Shown: positions 53,713-64,000 of the stretch, one piece after another
Layout: each line of letters begins with the position of its first letter
Position numbering within the stretch: position 1 is the stretch's first letter
Assembly (NCBI RefSeq): GCF_004010195.1
Contig: NC_057751.1
Span: 16,543,426 to 16,607,425 of the forward strand
DNA from: Chiloscyllium plagiosum
Taxonomy: Eukaryota
DNA: 64,000 bases
Direction: 5' to 3'
Translations under genes and position numbers: made by a program
The notes under the pieces: generated by a model
What the model saw: only the letters and a program-made list of their open reading frames with translations
Databases searched by the model: none
Told to the model about the DNA's origin: nothing

Positions 53713-54525
53713 CATTAACCTTACAGAAGCAGACAATACACACACATTTCCATCCCTTTCATACGTAGAAAGGCAGACACACTTTGGCTAGATTAGACTG
53801 TGGTGCTGGCAAAGCACAGCAGGTCAGGCAGCATCCGAGGAGCAGGAAAATTGACGTTTCGGGCAAAGGCACTTCATAATATTAAACAAATTTAGCTGAA
53901 GTCTTTCATCTTTTAGAATAATCATGTTAGTTTCGGTTCCTTCATATGTTTTTAAAGTTACATCCTCAAGATAGCTTTAACAAAAGGTGCCACCTCAGCC
54001 TGGATAATGCATTGAAGGTGTGAGGTTAAACTCTGTCTCTGTCCTATTGTTAGGTCAGACTGATTCTGTTTCTAAAGTGGGATTTACCAGACCTTACATG
54101 GATTTATGCAGTTTTTGAGGAAAATAGAATGTAATTCTGCAAGTACAAACTCACCCCATAAACTTAGACGTGTGTGCATGCATGTGAGTATGGGGGTGTG
54201 AGTGTCTGTGAGACAGTGTGTGTTTGTGTACGTGTGTGAGTGTAATGTGTTATAAGGCTGTGAGAGGGTGCACGTGTGACCGTATGTGAGAGAGCTTGTA
54301 TGAGAGACGGTCAGCGCGAGTACCACTTACAACCCTTAAACAATATGTCACTTTCCTGATGAAGGGCTTATGCCTGAAACGTCAATTTTCCTGCTCTTCG
54401 GATGCTGCCTGACCGGCTGTGCTTTGCCAGCACCACTCTAATCTAGCCAAACTGTGTGTCTGCCTTTCTACATAGGAAAGGGATGGAAATGTGTGTGTAT
54501 CGTGTCTGCTTCTGTAAGGTTAACG
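53713..54525. mobile_element. Composite inverted-repeat Penelope-type structure
   Basis: ~165-bp inverted arms at 53713-53877 and 54358-54525, around a spacer similar to the 43970-44350 internal region. Confidence 0.78.
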
Positions 54526-54805
54526 CCAAGGATTACAAAAACGCTATCGTTGCCACTTATAACCCAAGATGTCATCCTCAAAGGAACGGTGGCTGTCTGC
54601 TCACTCTGTCCTTGGGGAATAGCACATGACCTTAGAAGACTAAATGATGCAGTGGTGAAGGTATGTGGTATGGGGGAAGGAGGATACAATGTGGTCATTT
54701 GAACGTTGAGAATACTTACAGACAATTAACCAGCAAAGTACAATACTGCTACCTAGTGGATCATTACAGTATTACATGGAAAATATAAAGAACTGCTTTT
54801 AAGCA

Positions 54806-54971
54806 AAGTTAAACACACACTAGGTTATAGTCCAACAGGTTTAATTGGAAGCACACTAGCTTTCAGAGCACTGTTCCTTCACAAGCACCTGAAGGAGTGG
54901 CGCTCCGAAAGCTAGTGTGTGTGATTTTTAACTTTGCACACTGCAGTCCAACACCGGCCATCTCCAAATCA
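54806..54971. mobile_element. Short palindromic Penelope-type element (GGAGC..GCTCC family)
   Basis: GGTTATAGTCCAACAGGTTTAATTGGAAGCACACTAGCTTTC..CTCCGAAAGCTAGTG, flanked by TGC(T/C)TTTAAGCA direct repeats. Confidence 0.72.
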
Positions 54972-57107
54972 TGCCTTTAAGCAGGACGCGAAGTGAAAAA
55001 GTGTAAGGACTGTTCTAAAGTGGATTTTCTCCTTGAGAGGTTCAACATGGGATCCTTTTGTTTTGTTCATACACAGGAATGAGGGCATCATTGGCTAGTC
55101 CTCTGCATTAACAGTCTTCGAATACCAGTAGATTAGAAGTGGTGCTGGAAAAGCACAGCAGGTCAGGCAGCATCCGAGGAGCTGTGTTCTCTAGCATGGA
55201 CGGGTTGGACCGAAGGATCGGTTTCCATGCTGCACATCTCTATGACTCTTATGAACTCCCTGGTCTCTCGCCCATCACAGTCAGTGAGACCTCTCTGACT
55301 GCCCTCAGTTGGCAAGGATGAGTTCCACCAAAGCAGAACTGACAAAGATCTTTACTTGGGTTCCAAAACCCATTCCCCAGAATTAGGGTGAGCCAGTACA
55401 CATTATCAACAGCACCACACAGTGTAGCTGAGGATCCACTAACAGAAGCAGAGCACACAGAAACATCCATGGAGTTCAAATAATCCAGGTTCATGGTTTA
55501 TTTGCAGGTCGCAGTGTATGAAAACATTATGCAACGCACAACATAATCTCATATCAGGTAAAGGAGAATTTCAAAAGAAACATTGCTATTGGATCTTTAT
55601 TAAGCTCCCTGTCCCAAAACCACTCATTCTCTCCCCCCCCCCCCCCCCCAAGTACTGAGCCCTTGCACAGGACAGACTCCACTGCCAGTGGGCACTTTCT
55701 GAGGCTTTGCACAGACACAGCAGGGCGTTAAACATCAGAACCGGAGCCTGTCCTATTCCTATCGCTTTGTGAAACAAGACTCCCCCCCCCCCACCTTCTT
55801 GAAGCATGGAGACAAGAATTCACTGCAGTAATCAGAACGCTTCTCCGAGGGAAAGCAATTTTCGTTTTCGGCTTTATCTGACAGTTTGCTGGAAACTCAG
55901 GCTCTTTGTCCTGGGGAGTGAGCGATTCACCAAAAAAGCACAAACGTGGACCGACACCCGGACAAAGCAGTGGAGGCAAAGATGCTATAATCAAACAGCT
56001 GGGTGAGGCAGTGTGGGTCAGCCCAAGTGGACGAGTCAAACATGCTCTTCCTGGAGTCAAATTACGTTAAGATCTGCACTGGACGGCACAAATGTCCTAA
56101 CTATGGATCACTTCTGACAGGTCATTTACAGAATTCTTACAGGGTAGATGCCGATAAGATGTTTCCCCTCTATCTGGGGAGTCTTAGGTTAAAAAGGGGG
56201 GCAAGCAGGTCATTTAGAACCGGAGACAAGAAGAAATTCCTTTTCCCAGAGGATGGCAAACCTGGATAACTCTTCGCGCCCGGAGAGCTGCGGATGCAGG
56301 AAGACAGGAGTCGGTAGATTTCTGGTTATTAATGGCATCCTGCTTTCAGATTCCTGGGAATGGCAGGACTTTGCCTAGGCACATTGCTATAACTTGAAAA
56401 ATACCAAGGCAATGCTGTTCAGCGGAAATACTCTATTAGGCAAAACTGCGTCCAACTCTGTTCTGTAGTGCTCGCAGCAAATAAAAAAAAAGTTGTTTGG
56501 CTTTCTCCATTAAAAGGCCACATCCAATACTTGGTTAGACAATTCATTTCCAGCAGAAAGCATTCACCATATGACAAAGCAAGTTCACAAGCCTATTGGC
56601 CCAACGTGCCCGAGAGTCACATTAAAGGAGCACGCAGATTCACAACTACAGAATAGACTTTGCATAGAGCCAGTGATTTTTAAAAGACTCTTAAATGTCA
56701 AAAAGGCCAGTCAAACTAACATTTGAAGATGCACTGCTCGTGACTTCCCGCCTACAGGAGGAGCAGTGGGGTTTCTTCACCGCCATCAGCTCATTGTAAA
56801 TGGTTTGCCTTAGTCATGCAATGTTAAACGGCATGTGCTCAATCCCAGCTCCAAAGCCATTAAAACCTTCTAACTGACCCACTGACAAGGACGCACTGGG
56901 AACTCAATCCCTGGAACAGATCTTAAGGCAGCCCAGAAGGAGGAAAAGAAATACAGAGCACCTGAACTAATAAAAAGAGGGAAATGGATTATGGATACAA
57001 TTTCAATTCAAAAGGCTCTCAAACCACACAGCAGTAAGTCAGAAAAACACCAGTGAGATGGACTGATGATTTGAGATTGTTAGTGCAGAGATTCTGTTGT
57101 ACAGACA

Positions 57108-57113
57108 TTTAAT
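57108..57113 (-). terminator. Candidate RNF181 polyadenylation signal (ATTAAA)
   Basis: TTTAAT on the + strand, ~340 nt past the stop codon. Confidence 0.4.
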
Positions 57114-57451
57114 ATTTCACACATTTTTTGGTCCAATAGATCCAATTTCTGGAAGAAAACTTTCAAATGGAATTGGGTTTGTAAAGAACAGGCGTTGCGA
57201 TTGTTGGCGGCTCCAGTAACAATGTCCCGAAGCACACGGAGATGGCGAAGACACGAACTCTTCCACAGCGCCCGTCAGATTTGCAGAAACCCAGTCTCAA
57301 AGTGCACCGCGCTACCTGCTGGTTTCAAAGGGAAAGGAAAGCAGGGTCCATTCCGACAACTCTTCAGAAGCTCCGGGAGCCTGACCAGGAGCCACCGGGA
57401 TGGCGGGAAAGAAAACGCACCGAGGGGCTCGAAGGACCATGCCCCGGTTGG

Positions 57452-57511
57452 TCATGTGTACATGGCACCATGCAGGTATTCCAGGCGGTGCTCCTTCTGC
57501 TTCCTTCGCTC
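57452..57511 (-). CDS. RNF181: RNF181 last coding exon
   Basis: CTGCAG acceptor, [22 protein letters not shown]. Confidence 0.94.
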   Translation of the reverse strand, partial: ERRKQKEHRLEYLHGAMYT

Positions 57512-60500
57512 CTGCAGAAAGAGAGCAATAGAGGTGACCTTTCACAGCAGGAAAGAACTCACTTAATACTCGGATCTTGCCAGGTGTAGATAGCTGATTA
57601 TCTGCAAGACTAATCTTTCAAATATTCCTGCATGTTGACTGGCAGACTGTAGGTGAATGGAATTCTTCAGATGTGATGCTAACTATCCGAAGCCTTAAAA
57701 CAGCTCATATTAGTGACAGGGTGCTATGGTCGCTCCTGCCGGAACAAAGGCCAAAGAACATTCCAGCCCAGGAACAGGCCCTTTGGCCCTACAAGCCTAT
57801 CCTGATCCAGATTCTCCATCTAAATCTGTCGCCTATTTTCGAAGGGTCTGCGTCCCTCTGCTCCCTGCCCATTCATGTATCATATCGTATCAATGTGGAA
57901 TAGCCTGGAGGCAGAACGCCTCATCTTCCACCTCCGCACCCTCCAACCCCATGGCATCAATGTGGATTTCACCAGTTTCCTCATTTCCACTCCCCCACCT
58001 TACTGCAGTTCCAACCTTCCAGCTCATGACCTGTCCCACCCGTCCATCTTCCTTCCCACTATCCGCTCTACCCTCCTCTCCGACCCATCACCTTTACCCC
58101 CACCTCCATCCACCTATTGCACCCTCAGCTACCTACCCTCCAGCCCCAGCCCCACAACCCCTCCCCATTTATCTCTCCACTCCCGCGGCTGCCAGCCTCA
58201 TTCCTGAAGAAGGGCTTTTGCCTGAAACGTCGATTCTCCTGCTCCTCGGATGCTGCCTGACCTGCTGTGCTTTTGACTCTAATCTCCTGCATCTGCAGTC
58301 CTCACATTCGCCATTCATGGATCTGTGTAGATGCATCTTCAATGACGCTATCGTGCCCTCCTCTACCACACTCCACTGGCAACGCCTTCCAGGTGCCCAC
58401 CAGCCTCTGCGTGAAGATTTTTCCACACAATATCTCCCTTAAACCTTTCCCCTCTCATCTTGAACTTGTGACCCCTAGAAATTGAGTCACCCCCCACTCT
58501 GTCTGTACCTCAATCAGGTCTCCCCCTCGATCTCCGTCTCTCTAATGAAAATAATGCTACCTTTCCTCCATAGCTAGCTAGGGCAACAGCCTGGTGAACC
58601 TCCCCTGCACCCTCTCCAAAGCGTCCACATCCTTTTGCTGAGGGGGGTGACCAGAACTGTACGCGGTATTCCAAATTGAGCCCACACACTCCAACAAATA
58701 CCAATTCCAATTCTACTTAACCCACCTCCAACAAAATGAACAAAAAAAGGTATTAACCCCCTGAATACAATCACAGAATCCCTAATACACCTTGGAATTA
58801 TGACTGTCACTTATTGGCAGCAGGATCGCAGCCATATTCCCTATCTGAGGTGATTGGGATTAACATGTATGCTGGCAACCCACATACCACTCACCCAAGA
58901 TGTAAATCTATTAAAAGTGCTCTGCATAGCCTTCGAGAATGTGACATGTGGGTCACCTTTATTCAGAATGACCCAATACACACTAAATCGTTGAAAAGCA
59001 GCTTCCTCAATTGAAGGTTTAACTATTGCTGGGATACTGCCAGGCCCGGAGAATTGCAGCTTTTCAGGAGAGCTCAGAAAGGCAGGGCTCGCTGCACTCG
59101 GAACGGAGGAGGCTGCGGGGAGACGTGATTGAAGTGTACAAGATTGTGAGGGACCTGGTGCGGGGAATGATCTCGGAGCAGAGGGGTTGGTGACCAGGGG
59201 GCATCGAGTTAACGTGATGGGTTAGAGGAGCAACCCATTGCCTGAAAGGGTAGTCAAGACAGAAACCCATTGAAATGGCGTCTGGAAAGCAATGGAAATC
59301 CCATCACCTCCAGGGATAAGGGGCAAACGCTGGAACTTGGGATGAGGGCAGGTGGATGTTGGCAGGCAAGCGCGATGGGCAGAGTTGTCTCCTTCTGTAT
59401 CATTTGCCTTTTTAAAAAATATTTAATAAGAGATGGAATATGGAGAGGGAGCGAGCGGATGAAGTGCCCCCTGAGGAGCTCCAGCACAGAAACAATGAGC
59501 CAACAGAACTTCTTCAAACCAAAGCATAAACAGAGAGTCGAGTGCACGCGCCCCTCAACCCCAGTAAGTACTCACCAGCGGAAACCGCCGAATAACGGTC
59601 TCGAGGACAATCCAATTATCGGCCTGTCTGCCGGGAAGCTTGGGGGGGGCACAGTGATGCAAACACCCGAGTGTAGCACCCACACAGAGGTGAGCTGGCT
59701 CAGGAAGCAAGCCTGCACTGTGAACCCCAACCACTATTTATTCCTTAAAATTCCTCGCAGGCATTGGTGGCAAGGCCAATCTTTGTTGCCCATCGGGCGT
59801 TGCCTTTGAACCAAGGGGCTGGCTACACTAGTCAGCTGGGCGGCACAATGATTAGCGCTGCTGCCTCACGGCACCAGGGACCCAGGTTCGATTCCAGCCT
59901 CGGGCAACTGTCTGTGTGAAGTTTGCACAATCTCCCCAGTCTGCGTGGGTTTCCTCCCACAGTCCAAAGATGTGCAGGTTAGGGTGGATTGGCCATGCTA
60001 AATTACCCATAGTGCTCAGGGATGTGCAGGTTAGGGTGGATTGGCCATGCTAAATTACCCGTAGAGTTAGGTGCATTAGTCAGGGGGAAATGGTTCTGGG
60101 TGGGTTACTCTTCGGAGGGTCGGTGTGGACTATTTGGACTGAAGGGCCTGTTTCTACACTGTAGGGAGTCTAATCTGAAGAGTCACCCACACTGCTGTGG
60201 GTCTGGAGTCACATGTGTGAATGCATTTCCCAATGGACAGTCGCAACCACATGAGTTTTTTTTTAAAAAAATACAAATCAATGGTCAGTTCATGACCATC
60301 ATTACTGAGATGGGTTTTCACCAATGCATTGAATTTAAATTCTATTCGCTACCGTGACATGATTTGAACCATTAGCCTGGCTCCCTGGATTACTCAGCGA
60401 ATGACATAACCACAACGCCGGCTGCTCCCTTTCCTTTGTGGGACTTGGGCGTCGCTTGGGCATTGATAGCCCACCCCCTGTGTGCCCCCTTGAGAAGGTG

Positions 60501-63500
60501 GGGGTGAGCGGCCATCTTGACTCGCTGACCCACAATGCCCTGAGGGAGGGAATTCCAGGATTTTGACCCAACAGCTGTAAAGGAACAGCCGATACATTTC
60601 CAAGTCAGGGTGGTGAGTGGCTCGGAGGGGAACCCGCAGGGGGTGGTGCCCCTGATTCCTGGTCGCCTTAGTTCATGGAATGCCCTGCCAGTAGCAGTGG
60701 TGGACTCTCCCTCATTATGGGCATTTAAGCGGGCATTGGATAGGCATATGGAGGATAGTGGGCTAGTGTAGGTTAGGTGGGCTTGGATCGGCGCAACATC
60801 GAGGGCCGAAGGGCCTGTACTGCGCTGTATTCTTCTATGTTCTATGTTGTCCCTCCAGATGGAAGTGGTCGTGGGTTTGGAAGGTGCTGCCTGAGGAACT
60901 TTGGTGAATCTCATCGAATTTTAAACCCTGAATCATCACAGCTTCAACAGTTTCTGTTCAAGGCGATCCAAGCTCTTTCCATTTACTTCTTTGCCAACTG
61001 GGATGCAGTCAGAAGGGATGCATGTGCTGTTTGCATTTCCTTAGAGACAGAAGTGGCAATTTGGCGGACAGAAATCATCAGCAAAAGAACTTTGTTTCGG
61101 ACAGCCTCGCTACAAAGCACAAGCTGACACAGGAAAGAGCAAACACAGCGCACAGCAAGAGCTCAGAGAGTGGGAGCAGAGTCGCCTTACCCTGTCTTGC
61201 TTGTACTCCTCGTACTCTGGATTGTCAGTGGGCAACTCGAGTCTGCACAACGGACAGGAATTCGTCTGAGGGAACAGAACAGGAGAGGTGAGCACGACTG
61301 AGCAAGGCAGACGGTGAGCCACTGGTACCTAGACCGACCGATGGAGAAGCTCGCTACGTTCCTAACCCCACCCACGCTGTTTATGGAATGCGTCTCATTG
61401 CACTGCCTCCTGTAGGGTATGGTAACAGAACAAGGTAAAACAAGGGGCAAAGCTCTTTATTGGTGGGATAGGTGAGCTGCCTTCTTGAGTCGCTGCAGTC
61501 CATATACTTGACCCACAAGGCCATTAGGGAGGGAGTTCCAGGAGTTTGACCCAGCGACACTGAAGGAATGACCAAAATATTGCCAAGTCAGGACGGTGAG
61601 GGGCTCGGAGGGGAACCAGCAGGGGGTGGTGTTCCCATGTATCTGCTGCACCTTGTCCTTCTAGACGGAAGTGATCGTGGGGTTTGAAAGGTGCTGCCTG
61701 AGATACTTTGGTGAATTTCTGTAGTGCAGCTTGTAGCTGGTGCACACTGTTGTTACTGAGCATCACTGGTGCAGGGAGTGGATATTTGTGGATGTGGTGC
61801 CAATCAAGCAGACTGCTTTGTCCTGGAAGCATAGGGCTTCATAGATTCCCTCCAGCGTGGAAACAGGCCCTTCGGCCCAACAAGTCCATAGCGACCCTCC
61901 GATGAGTAACCCATCCAGACCCATTCCCCTACCCTATTACTCTACATTTACCTCTGACTAATGCCTGAAGAAGGGCCTGTGCCCGAAACGTCGAATCTCC
62001 TGTTCCCTGGCTGCTGCCTGACCTGCTGTGCTGTTCCAGCAATAAAGTTTCAACTTTGATCTCCAGCATCTGCAGACCTCACTTTCTCCTCTGACTAATG
62101 CACCTACCCTATACATCCCTGAACATGATGGGTAATTTAGCATGGCCAATCCACCCTAACCTGCACAGTCTTTGGAGTGTGGGAGGAAACCGGAGCACCC
62201 GGAGGAAGCCCACGCAGACACGGGGAGAAAGTGCAAACTCCACACAGAAATCGCCCCGAGGCTGGAATCGAACCTGGGACCCTGGTGCGGAGACAGCAGT
62301 TGCTAGCTTCGAGTGGTGTTGGAGTTGCCTCCCATCCAGGGCAAATGGGGAGTATTCCATCACACCCTCCTGACTTGAGCCTTGCCGATGATAGGGCAGG
62401 CTTTGGGGAGCCAGGAGGGGAGTTACTCGCTGCAGGATTCCAGCCTCTGACCTGCTACTGTAGCCACTTGTAGCAGGGCTAATCGAGGTTCTTGTCAAGA
62501 TTAGAGTGGTGCTAGGAAAGCTCAGCAACTCAGGCAGCATCCGAGGAGCAGGAAAACCGACGTTTCGGGCATTTCCTGAAGAAGATTATTTGGCCCGAAA
62601 TGTCAATTTTCCCGCTCCTCGGATGCTGCCTGAGTTGCTGTGCGTTTCCAGCACCACTCTAATCTTGACTCTGATCTCCAATATCTGCAGCACGCACTTT
62701 CACACAATTGAGTGTCTAGTCAACTGTAACTCCAGGATGTCAATAGTAGGGATTCAGTGATGGTAAACCACTGAATATCAGGGGGCAGTAGTTAGAGGAG
62801 CGTCAGAGGCTGAGGGGTGACTTTATAAAGTTTACAAAATTATGAGGGGGCATGGATAGGGTAAATAGAAAAGTCTTTTCCCTGGGGTTGGGGAATCCAG
62901 AACTAGAGGGGCATAGGTTTAGGGGGAAGAGGGGAAAGATATAAAAGAGACCTAAGGGGCAACCTTTTCACGCAGAGGGTGGTACGTGTATGGAATGAGC
63001 TGCCAGAGGATGTGGTAGAGGCTGGAACAATGACAGCATTTAAAAGGCATCTGGATGGGTATGTGAATAGGAAGGGTTTGGAGGGATATGGGCCGGGTAC
63101 TGGCAGGTGGGACTAGATTGGGTTGGGATATCTGGGTCGGCATGGACGGGTTGGACCGAAGGGTCTGTTTCTGTGCTGTACATCTCTATGACTCTATGTT
63201 CAAAGCCCAGGCATTTGTGCTGTGTGAATGTTACTCACCTTGGGAGCCTAAACCTGGATATTCTTCAGGTCTTGCTGTATTTGAACACGGAGTGCTTCAG
63301 TCCATAAATGTGGACAGAGCAAAGAAAATGCTGGAAGGCAGCGAAAGATCAACTCACACTTCAAATGGGACTTTTGGTTAGAATGCTTGGCTGTACTGCC
63401 TTTGCCTCAGACGTGACTTTGATCCCCTCGATTGAACCAAGTCAGGAAGGGGACGAGAAATAGGTGAGGAGCAGCCGAAGTGGAGGGAAGCACGGTGGAC

Positions 63501-63837
63501 TGGACACGGATGTGCAGTTCAGTCTGCAATCGCTCAGAAAATTGAACAGCTCAGAACAACGAGGTTTCAGCCAGAGAGATGAGCCACTCAGAAAGCTTTG
63601 AGTCATCCATAGTGAAGGAGATTACCAATCACAGTCAGAGGAAAGGGAAGCGAAGGATGGAAAGCTAAAACTGTCCGAGTCAACGGAAACAACTCAAGAC
63701 GTAAGACAGGCACCCACATACCTTTCCCAACCAGGGCACGAGACAACCAGAGTGGAAGAAATGTTCACACGGCATCTTCTTCACCTTCTCCTCTTCCTCA
63801 AACTCCAGTAAACAGACCGGACACTTCAGGCCTTTAT
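57452..63837 (-). CDS. RNF181: E3 ubiquitin ligase RNF181, 3' part: complement(join(57452-57511,61191-61265,63722-63837)); 5' exons lie beyond the window
   Basis: [88 protein letters not shown]2 domain plus the characteristic LHGAMYT C-terminus; GT-AG introns. Confidence 0.95.
57900..58308 (+). mobile_element. Penelope-like element 3' fragment nested in a CR1 fragment
   Basis: [25 protein letters not shown] endonuclease tail. Hammerhead core at 58204-58231. Confidence 0.82.
59838..60177 (+). mobile_element. HE1-like SINE with an internal ~53-bp duplication, nested in an older SINE
   Basis: GGCGGCAC..GGTTCGATTCC head; GATGTGCAGGTTAGGGTGGATTGGCCATGCTAAATTACCC occurs twice. Confidence 0.82.
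61191..61265 (-). CDS. RNF181: RNF181 penultimate exon
   Basis: CTCAG acceptor, [25 protein letters not shown], donor GTAAGG. Confidence 0.94.
61840..62290 (-). mobile_element. HE1-like SINE interrupted by a Penelope-type insertion
   Basis: Reverse similarity to 40400-40715 on both sides of 61965-62087. Confidence 0.82.
61965..62087 (+). mobile_element. Minimal 123-bp Penelope-type insertion inside an HE1 SINE
   Basis: Begins CTGAAGAAGGGCCTGTGCCCGAAACGTC. Perfect 14-bp TSD CCTCTGACTAATGC at 61951 and 62088. Confidence 0.87.
62495..62705. mobile_element. Short palindromic Penelope-type element
   Basis: Inverted arms TCAAGATTAGAGTGGTGCT..CGTTTCGGGC / GCCCGAAA..AGCACCACTCTAATCTTGA. Confidence 0.8.
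62800..63197 (+). mobile_element. CR1 LINE 3' end in an RNF181 intron
   Basis: Same young family; ends CTCTATGACTCTATG. Confidence 0.88.
63722..63837 (-). CDS. RNF181: RNF181 exon, RING-H2 N-terminal part
   Basis: CTCAG acceptor, CPVCLLEF...[18 protein letters not shown], donor GTATGT. Confidence 0.94.
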
Positions 63838-64000
63838 CTGAGTGACAAAAACATTAACAGCTCTCATTCTAACAAGGCACACGATTATAGTGTTACTGCA
63901 TGCAGCCTTATGACAGGTTTCTGCCACTTGGTTCACAAATACTGAAAACACTGGAAATATCAGCGGATCAGATAGCATCTGTACGGAGAGCGAGAGAGAG

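Overview
Vertebrate genomic DNA. The repeat content (HE1-type V-SINEs, CR1 LINEs, a SacSINE1/Deu-type SINE, Penelope-like elements) points to a cartilaginous fish such as a shark. Three spliced protein-coding genes were reconstructed by hand. (1) A complete 6-exon cytosolic cyclophilin A-like gene (+, 2467-7448, 164 aa). (2) A complete 7-coding-exon TMEM150A (+, 11427-44855, 270 aa) whose last, 13.4 kb intron is a U12-type minor-spliceosome intron. (3) The last three coding exons of RNF181 (-, 63837-57452), convergent with TMEM150A. The remainder is TE-rich. The most notable items are: a diverged duplicate of the exon 6/U12 donor junction lying inside the minor intron; many Penelope-derived, often palindromic, TSD-flanked insertions carrying minimal hammerhead ribozyme cores from several sequence families; a five-fold CCAAT + PBX/PKNOX-like composite array in the cyclophilin promoter; a 96-bp NRF1-like repeat in TMEM150A intron 1; and a perfect 20-bp hairpin in cyclophilin intron 4. 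Most ORF-track entries are spurious or TE-derived. Repeat boundaries are approximate, and family names come from recalled consensus sequences, not database searches.
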